The translations under genes and the position numbers were made by a program. Below are positions 34,178 to 42,597 of a DNA stretch of 64,000 nt, in pieces (position 1 is the stretch's first letter; each line of letters opens with the position of its first letter). The notes under the pieces were generated by a model. The model worked only from the letters and a program-made list of their open reading frames with translations. It had not been told where the DNA came from and made no database searches. Source of the stretch: an uncultured Ruminococcus sp. Lineage in GTDB: Bacteria > Bacillota > Clostridia > Oscillospirales > CAG-272. The stretch spans positions 2,804 through 66,803 of the forward strand of contig CAZVYZ010000003.1 of the NCBI GenBank assembly GCA_964630695.1, in the 5' to 3' direction.

Positions 34178-36434
34178 ACATGGATTCGTGAATCGTGCGC
34201 GAGATGACCTCGTCCTGCTGCTCGCGCGTCAGTTTGTTGAAGCGGACCGCGTAACCGCTGACGCGAATCGTCAGTTGCGGGTACTTTTCGGGATGCTTCT
34301 GCGCATCCAGCAGCATTTCCCGATTGAATACGTTGATATTCAAATGGTAGCCGCCCGAACGAACGTACCCATCAATCAAATCCACGAGATTTTCCGTGCG
34401 CTCCGCATCACTCCGACCGAGCGAGGACGGCGTTGCACTGAACGTATTGGAAATTCCGTCCCGCGCATACTCATACGGCAATTTTGCAACCGACTCCAGG
34501 GAAGCCAATGCGCCGTGACTGTCCCTGCCGTGCATGGGATTTGCCCCCGGGGCAAGCGGCTCACCTGCGCGGCGACCGTCGGGGGTTGTCCCCGTCTTTT
34601 TTCCGTACACCACGTTGGACGTGATGGTCAGAATCGACATAGTGGGAACCGAATCACGGTAGGTCTGATGCGACTCAATTTTCTTCATAAACCGCCGCAC
34701 CAACTCCACGGCAATCGAATCCGCACGGTCATCGTTGTTGCCGTATTTCGGGAAGTCGCCCTCGATGCGGAAATCGGTTACCAAACCCTTTTCGTTGCGA
34801 ATCGGATAAACCTTGGCGTAACGGATTGCGGACAGCGAGTCGACCGCGCAGGAAAGTCCTGCGATTCCCGTTGCGAAGAAACGGCGCACCTGCGTATCGT
34901 GCAGTGCCATTTCCAGCGCTTCGTAGGAATACCTGTCGTGCATATAGTGAATCAGATTCAGCGTGTTGACATACAGTCCCGCCAACCAATCCATCATGCA
35001 ATCAAATTTTTTCGTAACCTCCGCGTAATCCAGCGGTCCGTCTCCCTCAATCGGGCGGTATTCGGGCGAGACCTGCAACGGCTCCCCCGTTTTTTTGTCG
35101 GTAACCAACTCATCCCGCCCGCCGTTGATTGCGTAAAGCAGACATTTTGCCAGATTCGCCCGCGCACCGAAGAACTGCATATCCTTTCCGATCCGCATAC
35201 TGCTCACACAGCAGGCAATGCAATAGTCGTCGCCCATTTCGGGAAGCATCAAATCGTCGCTCTCGTATTGAATCGCAGAGGTTCTGACCGATATTTCCGC
35301 GCAGAATTTTTTGAAGTTTTCGGGCAACCGCTCGCTCCAAAGCACCGTCAGGTTCGGCTCCGGCGCCGGTCCGAGATTGACCAACGTGTGCAGAATACGG
35401 AACGAGGTTTTGGTCACGAGGGGTCTGCCGTCGCATCCCATACCGCCGATGGACTCGGTAATCCATGTCGGGTCGCCCGAAAACAACTCGTTGTATTCCT
35501 TGGTCCGCATGAATTTGACAATCCGCAGTTTCATCACGAACTGGTCAATCAACTCCTGCGCATCCTCCTCGGTCAGCGTGCCGTTTTCCATGTCGCGCTG
35601 AATATAGATGTCGAGGAAGTTGGTGTTTCTGCCGATGCTCATTGCCGCGCCGTTCTGGTCCTTGACCGCGCCCAGATAGCCGAAATACAGCCACTGGACC
35701 GCCTCCTGCGCGTTCTCGGCAGGTCTGGAGATGTCAAAGCCGTATGCTGCCGCCATTTCCTTGAGCGCCCTCAGCGCGCGGACCTGCTCGGCAATCTCCT
35801 CACGGTCACGAATCTTTTCGGGGGTCATATCCCCGTCAATCTGCGCCTTGTCCTCTTCCTTTTTGGCAATCAGATAATCCACGCCGTACAGCGCAACGCG
35901 GCGGTAATCTCCCACAATCCGCCCCCTGCCGTAGGCATCGGGAAGCCCCGTCAGGATATGTGCGGAACGCGCACGTCGCATCTCGGGCGTGTACGCATCA
36001 AACACACCGTCATTGTGCGTTTTGCGATAATTCCGATAGAAAGTTTCAACCTGCGGGTCAATCTCATAACCGTACATTTTCAGCGACTGCTCCGCCATGC
36101 GCAGTCCGCCCGAGAGATGCATCGGACGTTTGAAAGGCTTGTCCGTTTGCAGACCGACAATCTTCTCCAACGTCTTGTCCAGATAGCCCGCCGCATGGCT
36201 GTTGACTGCCGAAACGATGGTATTGTCCGCGTCGAGGACTCCGCCCGCCGCCTGTTCTTTGGCAGACAGTTCCAGAATGTCGTTCCAGAGCGTCACCGTT
36301 GCGGCGGTCGGTCCTGCCAAAAAGGACGCGTCACCCGTATACGGTGTATAATTGCGCTGAATAAAATCGCGCGTATCGATTTCTCCGTTGCTCCATTTTC
36401 CGAGACGGAATCCCTGCCAAGCCCGATTGTTCAT
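34176..36434 (-). CDS. pflB: Formate C-acetyltransferase (pyruvate formate-lyase)
   Basis: Glycyl-radical motif RVSGYAVRF near the C-terminus and the active-site CCVS region (IACCVSSM). 752 aa. Confidence 0.95.
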   Translation of the reverse strand: MNNRAWQGFRLGKWSNGEIDTRDFIQRNYTPYTGDASFLAGPTAATVTLWNDILELSAKEQAAGGVLDADNTIVSAVNSHAAGYLDKTLEKIVGLQTDKPFKRPMHLSGGLRMAEQSLKMYGYEIDPQVETFYRNYRKTHNDGVFDAYTPEMRRARSAHILTGLPDAYGRGRIVGDYRRVALYGVDYLIAKKEEDKAQIDGDMTPEKIRDREEIAEQVRALRALKEMAAAYGFDISRPAENAQEAVQWLYFGYLGAVKDQNGAAMSIGRNTNFLDIYIQRDMENGTLTEEDAQELIDQFVMKLRIVKFMRTKEYNELFSGDPTWITESIGGMGCDGRPLVTKTSFRILHTLVNLGPAPEPNLTVLWSERLPENFKKFCAEISVRTSAIQYESDDLMLPEMGDDYCIACCVSSMRIGKDMQFFGARANLAKCLLYAINGGRDELVTDKKTGEPLQVSPEYRPIEGDGPLDYAEVTKKFDCMMDWLAGLYVNTLNLIHYMHDRYSYEALEMALHDTQVRRFFATGIAGLSCAVDSLSAIRYAKVYPIRNEKGLVTDFRIEGDFPKYGNNDDRADSIAVELVRRFMKKIESHQTYRDSVPTMSILTITSNVVYGKKTGTTPDGRRAGEPLAPGANPMHGRDSHGALASLESVAKLPYEYARDGISNTFSATPSSLGRSDAERTENLVDLIDGYVRSGGYHLNINVFNREMLLDAQKHPEKYPQLTIRVSGYAVRFNKLTREQQDEVISRTIHESM

Positions 36435-37186
36435 GTGTTCTCCTTTTTACGGCTTGCCGAGATATATTCCGGATTGCCGAACAGTATTGTTTCAGCCCGT
36501 CTCACCGCGTCCGTGTCGGGAGTCGGGATACCTTCAAGGGGATACGGAATACGCAATTTTTCGTATTTCCCCCGTCCAAGTGTGTGATACGGTAGCACTT
36601 CCACACGTTCCACGGTGGAAAGCCCGTCAATCCATTGCCGCGTTTTTTGCAAATCCTCCTCGCGGTCGGTCCAATCGGGGACCAACACCTGCCGAATCCA
36701 CATCGGAATTCCCTCCCGTGAAAGGCGCTCCGCAAACGCAAGCGTTGCGGCGTTCCCTTGCCCGGTCAAGCGCCGACAGGTCGCATCGTCAATATGCTTG
36801 ATGTCAAGCAAGACCAAATCGGTCACACGGAGCAATGTATCATAGCGGCGGTCCTCGGTCCGGTACGGCGCCCCCGAGGTGTCAAGCGCGGTGGAAATTC
36901 CCATTTTTTTCAGCCGTTCAAACAACTCACAGAGGAAATCCAATTGCAGAAGCGGTTCTCCCCCGCTTGCGGTAAAGCCTCCTCGTTTGCCGAAATAGCC
37001 ACGGTACCGCGCGACCTCGTTTGCCACATCCTGCGCGGACATTTCCTCTCCGCCGCAGACATTCCATGTGTCCGGATTGTGACAGTAGCGGCATCTCAGT
37101 CCACACCCCTGCAAAAACAGGACAAACCGCAACCCGGGACCGTCCGCCGCGCCGAGTGTTTCATAGGAATGGATTCTTCCCATCAT
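36431..37186 (-). CDS. pflA: Pyruvate formate-lyase activating enzyme (radical SAM)
   Basis: [13 protein letters not shown] cluster motif. ATGA overlap with pflB; here the activase precedes the lyase. The ATG at 37186 follows AAGGAGG. The track start at 37231 would overlap the promoter. Confidence 0.9.
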   Translation of the reverse strand: MMGRIHSYETLGAADGPGLRFVLFLQGCGLRCRYCHNPDTWNVCGGEEMSAQDVANEVARYRGYFGKRGGFTASGGEPLLQLDFLCELFERLKKMGISTALDTSGAPYRTEDRRYDTLLRVTDLVLLDIKHIDDATCRRLTGQGNAATLAFAERLSREGIPMWIRQVLVPDWTDREEDLQKTRQWIDGLSTVERVEVLPYHTLGRGKYEKLRIPYPLEGIPTPDTDAVRRAETILFGNPEYISASRKKENT

Positions 37187-37231
37187 ACCCTCGCCCTCCT
37201 TTCGCGCCGAAGTATCGTCTCTTCTGCGCAT

Positions 37232-37275
37232 AGTATACCATATTTATGGGCGGTTGTATGTTGGGACCACAACAT
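37232..37275 (-). promoter_or_regulatory. pflA-pflB promoter with a CRP/FNR-geometry palindrome
   Basis: Extended -10 TGGTATACT (37240-37232 on the minus strand). Palindrome ATGTTGggaccaCAACAT at 37258-37275 has TGTTG-N6-CAACA geometry. It is centred ~41.5 nt upstream of a TSS assumed 7 nt past the -10. Confidence 0.4.
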
Positions 37276-37325
37276 CTTGTGCTTCTTTTTTCAAAAAGGA
37301 GAAATTTCGTCAGAACAGACAAAAA

Positions 37326-37440
37326 TCAAGGCAATACCGCGCAATTCCGATGGTTCAATTGCGAAGTCGAATTTTTGTGAAGTATGACGGGAAAGTCGCG
37401 AGCGAGTGCGCCAACCGTAAATTACGCGGTATTGCCTTAA
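37326..37440. mobile_element. MITE-like element, family A (115 bp, short form)
   Basis: tcaaggcaataccgcgcaattccgatgg...attacgcggtattgccttaa. Colinear with the 28025-28195 copy except for a ~56-bp internal segment. The right TIR contains the kdgK stop codon. Confidence 0.6.
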
Positions 37441-38459
37441 CGCTGCACGCGCCCGTTTGCATTTCCTTTTGCAAGCGCGTTGACTTCCGCGACGGTTGTG
37501 GGATTGAAGTCTCCCTCAACCGAATGTTTCAGGCAACTTGCCGCCGCCGCGAACCGCACCGCGTCCGCCGCAGATTGCCCGTGCCGCAGAGCGTAAATCA
37601 ACCCCGCCGCAAATGCGTCACCACCGCCGACGCGGTCAACGATTTCAATCCGATACTTTTCGGAAGCGGAAAGCGTCTTTCCGTCCCACAGTTTCGCGCA
37701 GAAACTGTTGACCTCTGCGGAAAATGTCCGCCGTTCGGTCAGCGCAATCATGCGCAGATTCGGATAGAGCGCCTGCAACGCCTGCGCCAGAGCAAGATAC
37801 CCGCGGTCGGTCACGTCATCCCCGCTGACTTCCTCTGCGGGGGTCCGGACGCCGAACAGGTCCCCTGCCTGATTCTCGTTCGTAATCAGTACGTCCACAT
37901 ACGGCAGATAGCGTCGCATCGCTTCCGCCGCCGCTTCCACGCTCCACAACTTGGCGCGATAGTTGGGGTCAAACGAGACCGTCATACCGCGCTTTTTTGC
38001 TTCCTTGCACGCCGCAAGGCTTGCCGCCGCCACGCCGTTGCCGAGCGCGGGCGTGATTCCCGTCAGATGGAACCAGTCCGCACCGTCGAAGATTTTCTCC
38101 CAGTCAAACTCATCCGCACCCGCCTGTGCGATTGCGGAATTCGCACGGTCGTAGACCACCTTGGAGGGCCTTTGCGACGCGCCGCGTTCCAAGTAATAGG
38201 TTCCTATCCGCGCACCGCCGCGCACAATCCGCCCCGTTTCCACGCCCCACGCGCGCAGGCTGTTGATTGCCGCCTGCGAAACGTCGTTATCAGGCAGTTT
38301 GGTAACGAATTCCGCCTCGTCTCCCATAAAGGCAAGCGAAACTGCCACGTTCGCTTCGGCACCGCCGAACGTGACCTCCAAGGACCTTGCCTGCACCAAA
38401 CGCTCATGCGCAGGCGTAGTCAGGCGCATCATAATTTCTCCGAACGTAACGACTTTCAT
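37437..38459 (-). CDS. kdgK: 2-dehydro-3-deoxygluconokinase (PfkB family)
   Basis: PfkB motifs FGGAEANVAV and DRVGGGDAFAAGLIYAL. Adjacent to eda. Confidence 0.85.
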   Translation of the reverse strand: MKVVTFGEIMMRLTTPAHERLVQARSLEVTFGGAEANVAVSLAFMGDEAEFVTKLPDNDVSQAAINSLRAWGVETGRIVRGGARIGTYYLERGASQRPSKVVYDRANSAIAQAGADEFDWEKIFDGADWFHLTGITPALGNGVAAASLAACKEAKKRGMTVSFDPNYRAKLWSVEAAAEAMRRYLPYVDVLITNENQAGDLFGVRTPAEEVSGDDVTDRGYLALAQALQALYPNLRMIALTERRTFSAEVNSFCAKLWDGKTLSASEKYRIEIVDRVGGGDAFAAGLIYALRHGQSAADAVRFAAAASCLKHSVEGDFNPTTVAEVNALAKGNANGRVQR

Positions 38460-39052
38460 CCGATAACCTCCCGAATTTTTCGACAGTTTTCGCGGATGTC
38501 GCCTTTCATCATGAAACTGCCGCCCACTGCGACGATTTTATCACATGCAAGGTACTCCGCAAGGTTTCCGAGGTCCACCCCGCCCGTTGGCAAAAACTTC
38601 ACCTGCGGAAACGGTGCCGACAGCGCTTTGATGCTCGCAAGTCCCCCGTAAACGTTTGCGGGGAAGAATTTCACGGTCGTAATGCCGAGTTCCAGAGCCG
38701 CCATAATTTCGGTCGGCGTCACACACCCGGGGTAATACGGAATCCCCGCCTCGCGGCAGACCTCCGCCACCCCCGCACTCAGCCCCGGGGACACCACGAA
38801 TTCCGCCCCCGCCGCAAGCGCAGTTCTTGCCTGCTCCGCATTGACAACGGTCCCCGCACCGACGTGCATCTTGGGGAACCGCTCCCTGCCGATGCGGATT
38901 GCTTCTGCCGCACAGGATGTGCGGAATGTAATTTCCGCTGCGGGAATCCCGCCGTCGCAGAGTGCTTCCAGTGTCGGAACGGTCTCCGAAAGGTCCCGAA
39001 TCACGACCACGGGAATGACCCTGACCGCATCCGTCAGATTCTGTTTTTTCAT
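38456..39052 (-). CDS. eda: KDPG / KHG aldolase
   Basis: Eda family: IPAAEITFRT, GAGTVVNAEQA, FVVSPG and the KFFPA Schiff-base lysine region. Confidence 0.85.
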   Translation of the reverse strand: MKKQNLTDAVRVIPVVVIRDLSETVPTLEALCDGGIPAAEITFRTSCAAEAIRIGRERFPKMHVGAGTVVNAEQARTALAAGAEFVVSPGLSAGVAEVCREAGIPYYPGCVTPTEIMAALELGITTVKFFPANVYGGLASIKALSAPFPQVKFLPTGGVDLGNLAEYLACDKIVAVGGSFMMKGDIRENCRKIREVIG

Positions 39053-39074
39053 GTAGCAACGTCTCCTTTTCCGA

Positions 39075-39104
39075 CGAAAACGGCTGTCAAAGCAGCCGTT
39101 TTCG
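39075..39104 (-). terminator. Possible terminator after prs
   Basis: 12-bp stem cgaaaacggctg / cagccgttttcg with a 6-nt loop. The U-tract lies partly inside the stem. Confidence 0.35.
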
Positions 39105-39118
39105 GATATGTAACAGTC

Positions 39119-40270
39119 TCAGTTCTGGTCCTCAAACTCAATCTTCATTTGGGACGCCTGCGCACTGCGATGCTTGTCCATCAGGGTCTGGATGCGCTTG
39201 ACCGGATTCAGGAGCGCGCTGATGGTTTCATCGTTGTTGAGCGTATCAATCAGGTACGCCACATACTTGCACATGTTGACCTCAACGTACCACGGCTTGG
39301 AGGCAAGTTCGGGGCGACGGTAGGTCAGGTTGGTGGTAAAGACTTTATCAAAGACTTTTTCGGCGGACGCTTGGTCGAATTTGTCGCAACCGTCGGTGAA
39401 CAGACCGAACGTTGCAAAGCAGAACACGCGGTTCGCGCCCTTTTCCTTGAGTTGACGGCATACGTCAATCATGGATTCGCCCGAAGAAATCATATCGTCA
39501 ACGACAATCGCATCTTTTCCGTGCAGGTCCTGTCCGAGGTACTCGTGCGCCTCAATCGGGTTTCTGCCGTTGACAACGATGGAATAGTTGCGGCGTTTGT
39601 AGAACATCCCGATGTCAAGACCGAGGACCGAGGAATAGTACATACACCGCGACATCGCGCCCTCATCGGGAGAAATGATGACCATGTGGTCCTTGTCAAT
39701 CTGCACGTCGGGAACCGCCCGCACCAGTGCCTTAATCATCTGGTAGGTCGGCTGAACGTTATCAAAGCCCGAAAGCGGAATCGCGTTGCAAATACGTTGG
39801 TCGTGCGCATCGAAAGTCAAAATGTTCGACACGCCCATATTGACCAGTTCCTGCAACATCAACGCGCAATCCAACGACTCCCTGCCGCTGCGCTTATGCT
39901 GTCTGCCCTCGTAGAGCATCGGCATAATGACCGTGATGCGTCTTGCTTTGCCCTCGATTGCCGCGATGATACGCTTGAGGTCGGCGAAATGCTCGTCGGG
40001 ACCCATCGGAACGGTCATCCCGTACATCTTGTAGGTCACGCCGTAGTTAAAGGTATCGCAGATGATGAAAATGTCCTTGCCCCGCATGGACTCGTGGAGA
40101 ACTGCTTTGCCCTCACCCGAACCGAACCGCAGGCATTCCGCGTTGATGACGAACGTCCCGTCTCCGCCGTGTCTGCGCCAGTCCCGCAGGTAGTAGTCCA
40201 CCTGTGAGGTGAACTTCTCACAGCCTTTCATCCCGATAACGCCAAGTTCTCCGCAACGATTGTCCTTCAT
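39119..40270 (-). CDS. prs: Ribose-phosphate pyrophosphokinase family protein (long form)
   Basis: PRPP-synthase blocks RITVIMPMLYEGRQHKR, TFDAHD and the PRPP loop VVDDMISSGES, plus a ~70-aa C-terminal extension. The ATG at 40270 follows GGAGG. Confidence 0.8.
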   Translation of the reverse strand: MKDNRCGELGVIGMKGCEKFTSQVDYYLRDWRRHGGDGTFVINAECLRFGSGEGKAVLHESMRGKDIFIICDTFNYGVTYKMYGMTVPMGPDEHFADLKRIIAAIEGKARRITVIMPMLYEGRQHKRSGRESLDCALMLQELVNMGVSNILTFDAHDQRICNAIPLSGFDNVQPTYQMIKALVRAVPDVQIDKDHMVIISPDEGAMSRCMYYSSVLGLDIGMFYKRRNYSIVVNGRNPIEAHEYLGQDLHGKDAIVVDDMISSGESMIDVCRQLKEKGANRVFCFATFGLFTDGCDKFDQASAEKVFDKVFTTNLTYRRPELASKPWYVEVNMCKYVAYLIDTLNNDETISALLNPVKRIQTLMDKHRSAQASQMKIEFEDQN

Positions 40271-40412
40271 AAATGCCTCCAAAAATATGTTTTTCTCTCG
40301 GATCCGTCATACAGACGCTCCTTTATGCCCTTGTATTCCGCGTGCGGCAGACCCGTACACGGTTCGGCAGGTTTGTATTCGCCGAATCGGAAAGATTCCA
40401 ATCTTTCCGCAT

Positions 40413-41888
40413 TTACCGATAGAGTGTACAGATTCTGCCGTATGCTTCGTCCCACATATTCCGGTCGTTGGTCGGAAGATACTGTTGTCTGTCAAAAGAT
40501 GCCGCCACAACGCGGCGCGCGTCGGAAAGTCCCGACACTTCGCCCGCCGCCATTAACTGCATCATCAGGTTGCCGATTGCGGTTGCTTCCTCGGGTCCCG
40601 CACAAACGGGAATTCCGCAGGCATCCGCGGTCATCTGGGAGAGGAAGCGGTCCTTGGTTCCGCCGCCCACGACGTGAATCACTTTCGCCTGTCTCCCCAT
40701 CAGCGCCATGACCCGTTCGGCAACCGAACGGTACTTGAGCGCCAGACTTTCGTAGATGCAACGGACCACCTCGCCCACCGTTTCCGGCACGGGCTGACCC
40801 GTTCTGCGGCAGAAGTCGCGAATCTTCTCGGGCATATTCCCGGGGGTCGCGAAATCGGGCGCGTCCACATCAATCAGGCTCCGGAACGCGGGGCTTTCCT
40901 TTGCCCACGCTTCCATCTGCGCAAAACTGTAGTCCTTTCCCTCGCGCTTCCACTGTCTGCGGGACTCCTGAATAATCCAAAGTCCCATGATATTTTTAAG
41001 GAAGCGGACGGTTCCGCAGGCACCGCCCTCGTTGGTGAAGTTCGCCGCGCGGCTTTCCTCACTGATGAGCGGCTCGGGCAACTCGGTCCCCATAAGGGAC
41101 CATGTCCCGCTGCTGATATAAAGGAAGTCCTTTTCCTCGGTGGGAACTGCGATGACCGCGCTTGCCGTATCGTGCGATGCAACCGTCAGCACCCGCGCGT
41201 CGGTCTTTCCCGTCTCGCCCTGCACCTGCGGCAGGAGCGTTCCCATGTCGGTCCCGGGCTTGACGACCGGACCGAACAGCCGTCTCGGAATGCCGAGGCG
41301 GTCGAGCAGGTCCCACGCGTAGTCGCGCTTCTTCGCGTCCAGAAGCGCCCCGGTGGAAAGGATGGTGTATTCGTTTGCCATGTTCCCCGTAAGGAAATAG
41401 TTGAGCAGGTCGGGGATGTTGAGCATCCGCTCCGCCAATGCCAAGCGCTCGGGGGCTTCCGCCTGCTCCACCGCCAACTGATAGATGGTATTGAAATTCA
41501 GCGTCTGGATGCCTGCCGTGCCGTACAGTTCCTCTGCGGGAATTCTGCGGCTGACCAGTTCCTGCGCCCCCTCGGTTCTGCCGTCTCGGTAATGGACGGG
41601 ATTCCCGAGGAGCCGACCGTTCCGGTCAAGCAGACCGTAGTCCACGCCCCACGTATCGATGCCGATTGAGGACACTTTGTCCCCGTCCAGAACGGTTTTC
41701 TGGACCGAGAGTTTGATTTCATGAAAAATTCTGAGAATATCCCAGTAAAGCCTGCCGCAAAGGTTGACCGGGTCGTTTGAGAACCGATGATTTTCGCGCA
41801 GGCTGAGTTTGTTTCCGTCGAACGACCCGACAATTCCCCGCCCGCTCGATGCACCGAGGTCAATTGCAAGCATTCTGCGTTCTGCCAT
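40413..41888 (-). CDS. rhaB: Rhamnulokinase (FGGY family)
   Basis: MLAIDLGASSGR...HRFSN...LYWDILRIFHEIK is typical of RhaB. The ATG at 41888 follows GGAGGA. The track start at 42008 overlaps the upstream gene. Confidence 0.85.
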   Translation of the reverse strand: MAERRMLAIDLGASSGRGIVGSFDGNKLSLRENHRFSNDPVNLCGRLYWDILRIFHEIKLSVQKTVLDGDKVSSIGIDTWGVDYGLLDRNGRLLGNPVHYRDGRTEGAQELVSRRIPAEELYGTAGIQTLNFNTIYQLAVEQAEAPERLALAERMLNIPDLLNYFLTGNMANEYTILSTGALLDAKKRDYAWDLLDRLGIPRRLFGPVVKPGTDMGTLLPQVQGETGKTDARVLTVASHDTASAVIAVPTEEKDFLYISSGTWSLMGTELPEPLISEESRAANFTNEGGACGTVRFLKNIMGLWIIQESRRQWKREGKDYSFAQMEAWAKESPAFRSLIDVDAPDFATPGNMPEKIRDFCRRTGQPVPETVGEVVRCIYESLALKYRSVAERVMALMGRQAKVIHVVGGGTKDRFLSQMTADACGIPVCAGPEEATAIGNLMMQLMAAGEVSGLSDARRVVAASFDRQQYLPTNDRNMWDEAYGRICTLYR

Positions 41889-41958
41889 AGTGTTTCCTCC
41901 GTTGTCGGAACCGTTCTCCGACGCTCTATACATATTATACCATTCTCCGAAAATGATG

Positions 41959-42597
41959 TCAAGTGTTTTTTCTGCTTTTTTCCGCGCAGGACAGACAATA
42001 TCCGACACCGCGCACGGCTTCCAACCGGCTCTCCAATCCCGCCCCGCGCAGTTTCTTTCGGATACCGCAGATATAAACCGCCGTTTTCCCGTCCGACGGG
42101 TTGTCGGTCACGGCATCGAGCGTGACTTTCGGGACCGCTTCTCCACCGGCTTCAAGCAGCAGCGCAACCATCCGACGTTCGGTCGGAGTCAGCGGAACCG
42201 TCACGCCCCCACATGTCAAGCCCCAATCGGTCAGCGAAAGGACCTCCCGTGCAGCGCACTCCGGCTCTCCCGCCGATTCTGCGGAACGTGCAAAAAGGTG
42301 CGCCAACACCTCCTGCCGCAACAGGCTCATGCGGAACGGGCGGCGCAGAATCATCGCGCACCGCCGCGCGTCGGCATCCGCGGAGAGTGCGGGCAGACAG
42401 CTGAACCCAATCAGATACCCATAGGTTTCCTCGGGCGGGACCTCTGCGCTGTCAAGGTCGACGATTGCGACCTCCGCACCGCTCCGGTCCGCCGTCTGCC
42501 CTGTCCGCACCGTCAGTTGCCACGCTTCCAGTTCCAGTTGCAACAGTCTTGCGAAACGGTCATCCGCCGAAAGGATTGCAACCTGCGGGCGGCTCAT
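41959..42597 (-). CDS. OmpR/PhoB-type winged-helix regulator with an atypical receiver-like N-terminus
   Basis: C-terminus LTPTERRMVALLLEAGGEAV...YICGIRKKL...VRGVGYCL is a trans_reg_C domain. The N-terminal ~110 aa are receiver-like, but RRPF replaces the conserved KPF. 4-nt overlap with leuS. Confidence 0.6.
   Translation of the reverse strand: MSRPQVAILSADDRFARLLQLELEAWQLTVRTGQTADRSGAEVAIVDLDSAEVPPEETYGYLIGFSCLPALSADADARRCAMILRRPFRMSLLRQEVLAHLFARSAESAGEPECAAREVLSLTDWGLTCGGVTVPLTPTERRMVALLLEAGGEAVPKVTLDAVTDNPSDGKTAVYICGIRKKLRGAGLESRLEAVRGVGYCLSCAEKSRKNT

Noticed and set aside
34110-36587. 825-aa plus-strand ORF
   Set aside because: It is fully antisense to pflB, whose identity is unambiguous (glycyl-radical motif). 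The sequence is Arg/Gly/Pro/His-rich low complexity, typical of antisense frames in high-G+C DNA, with no SD.
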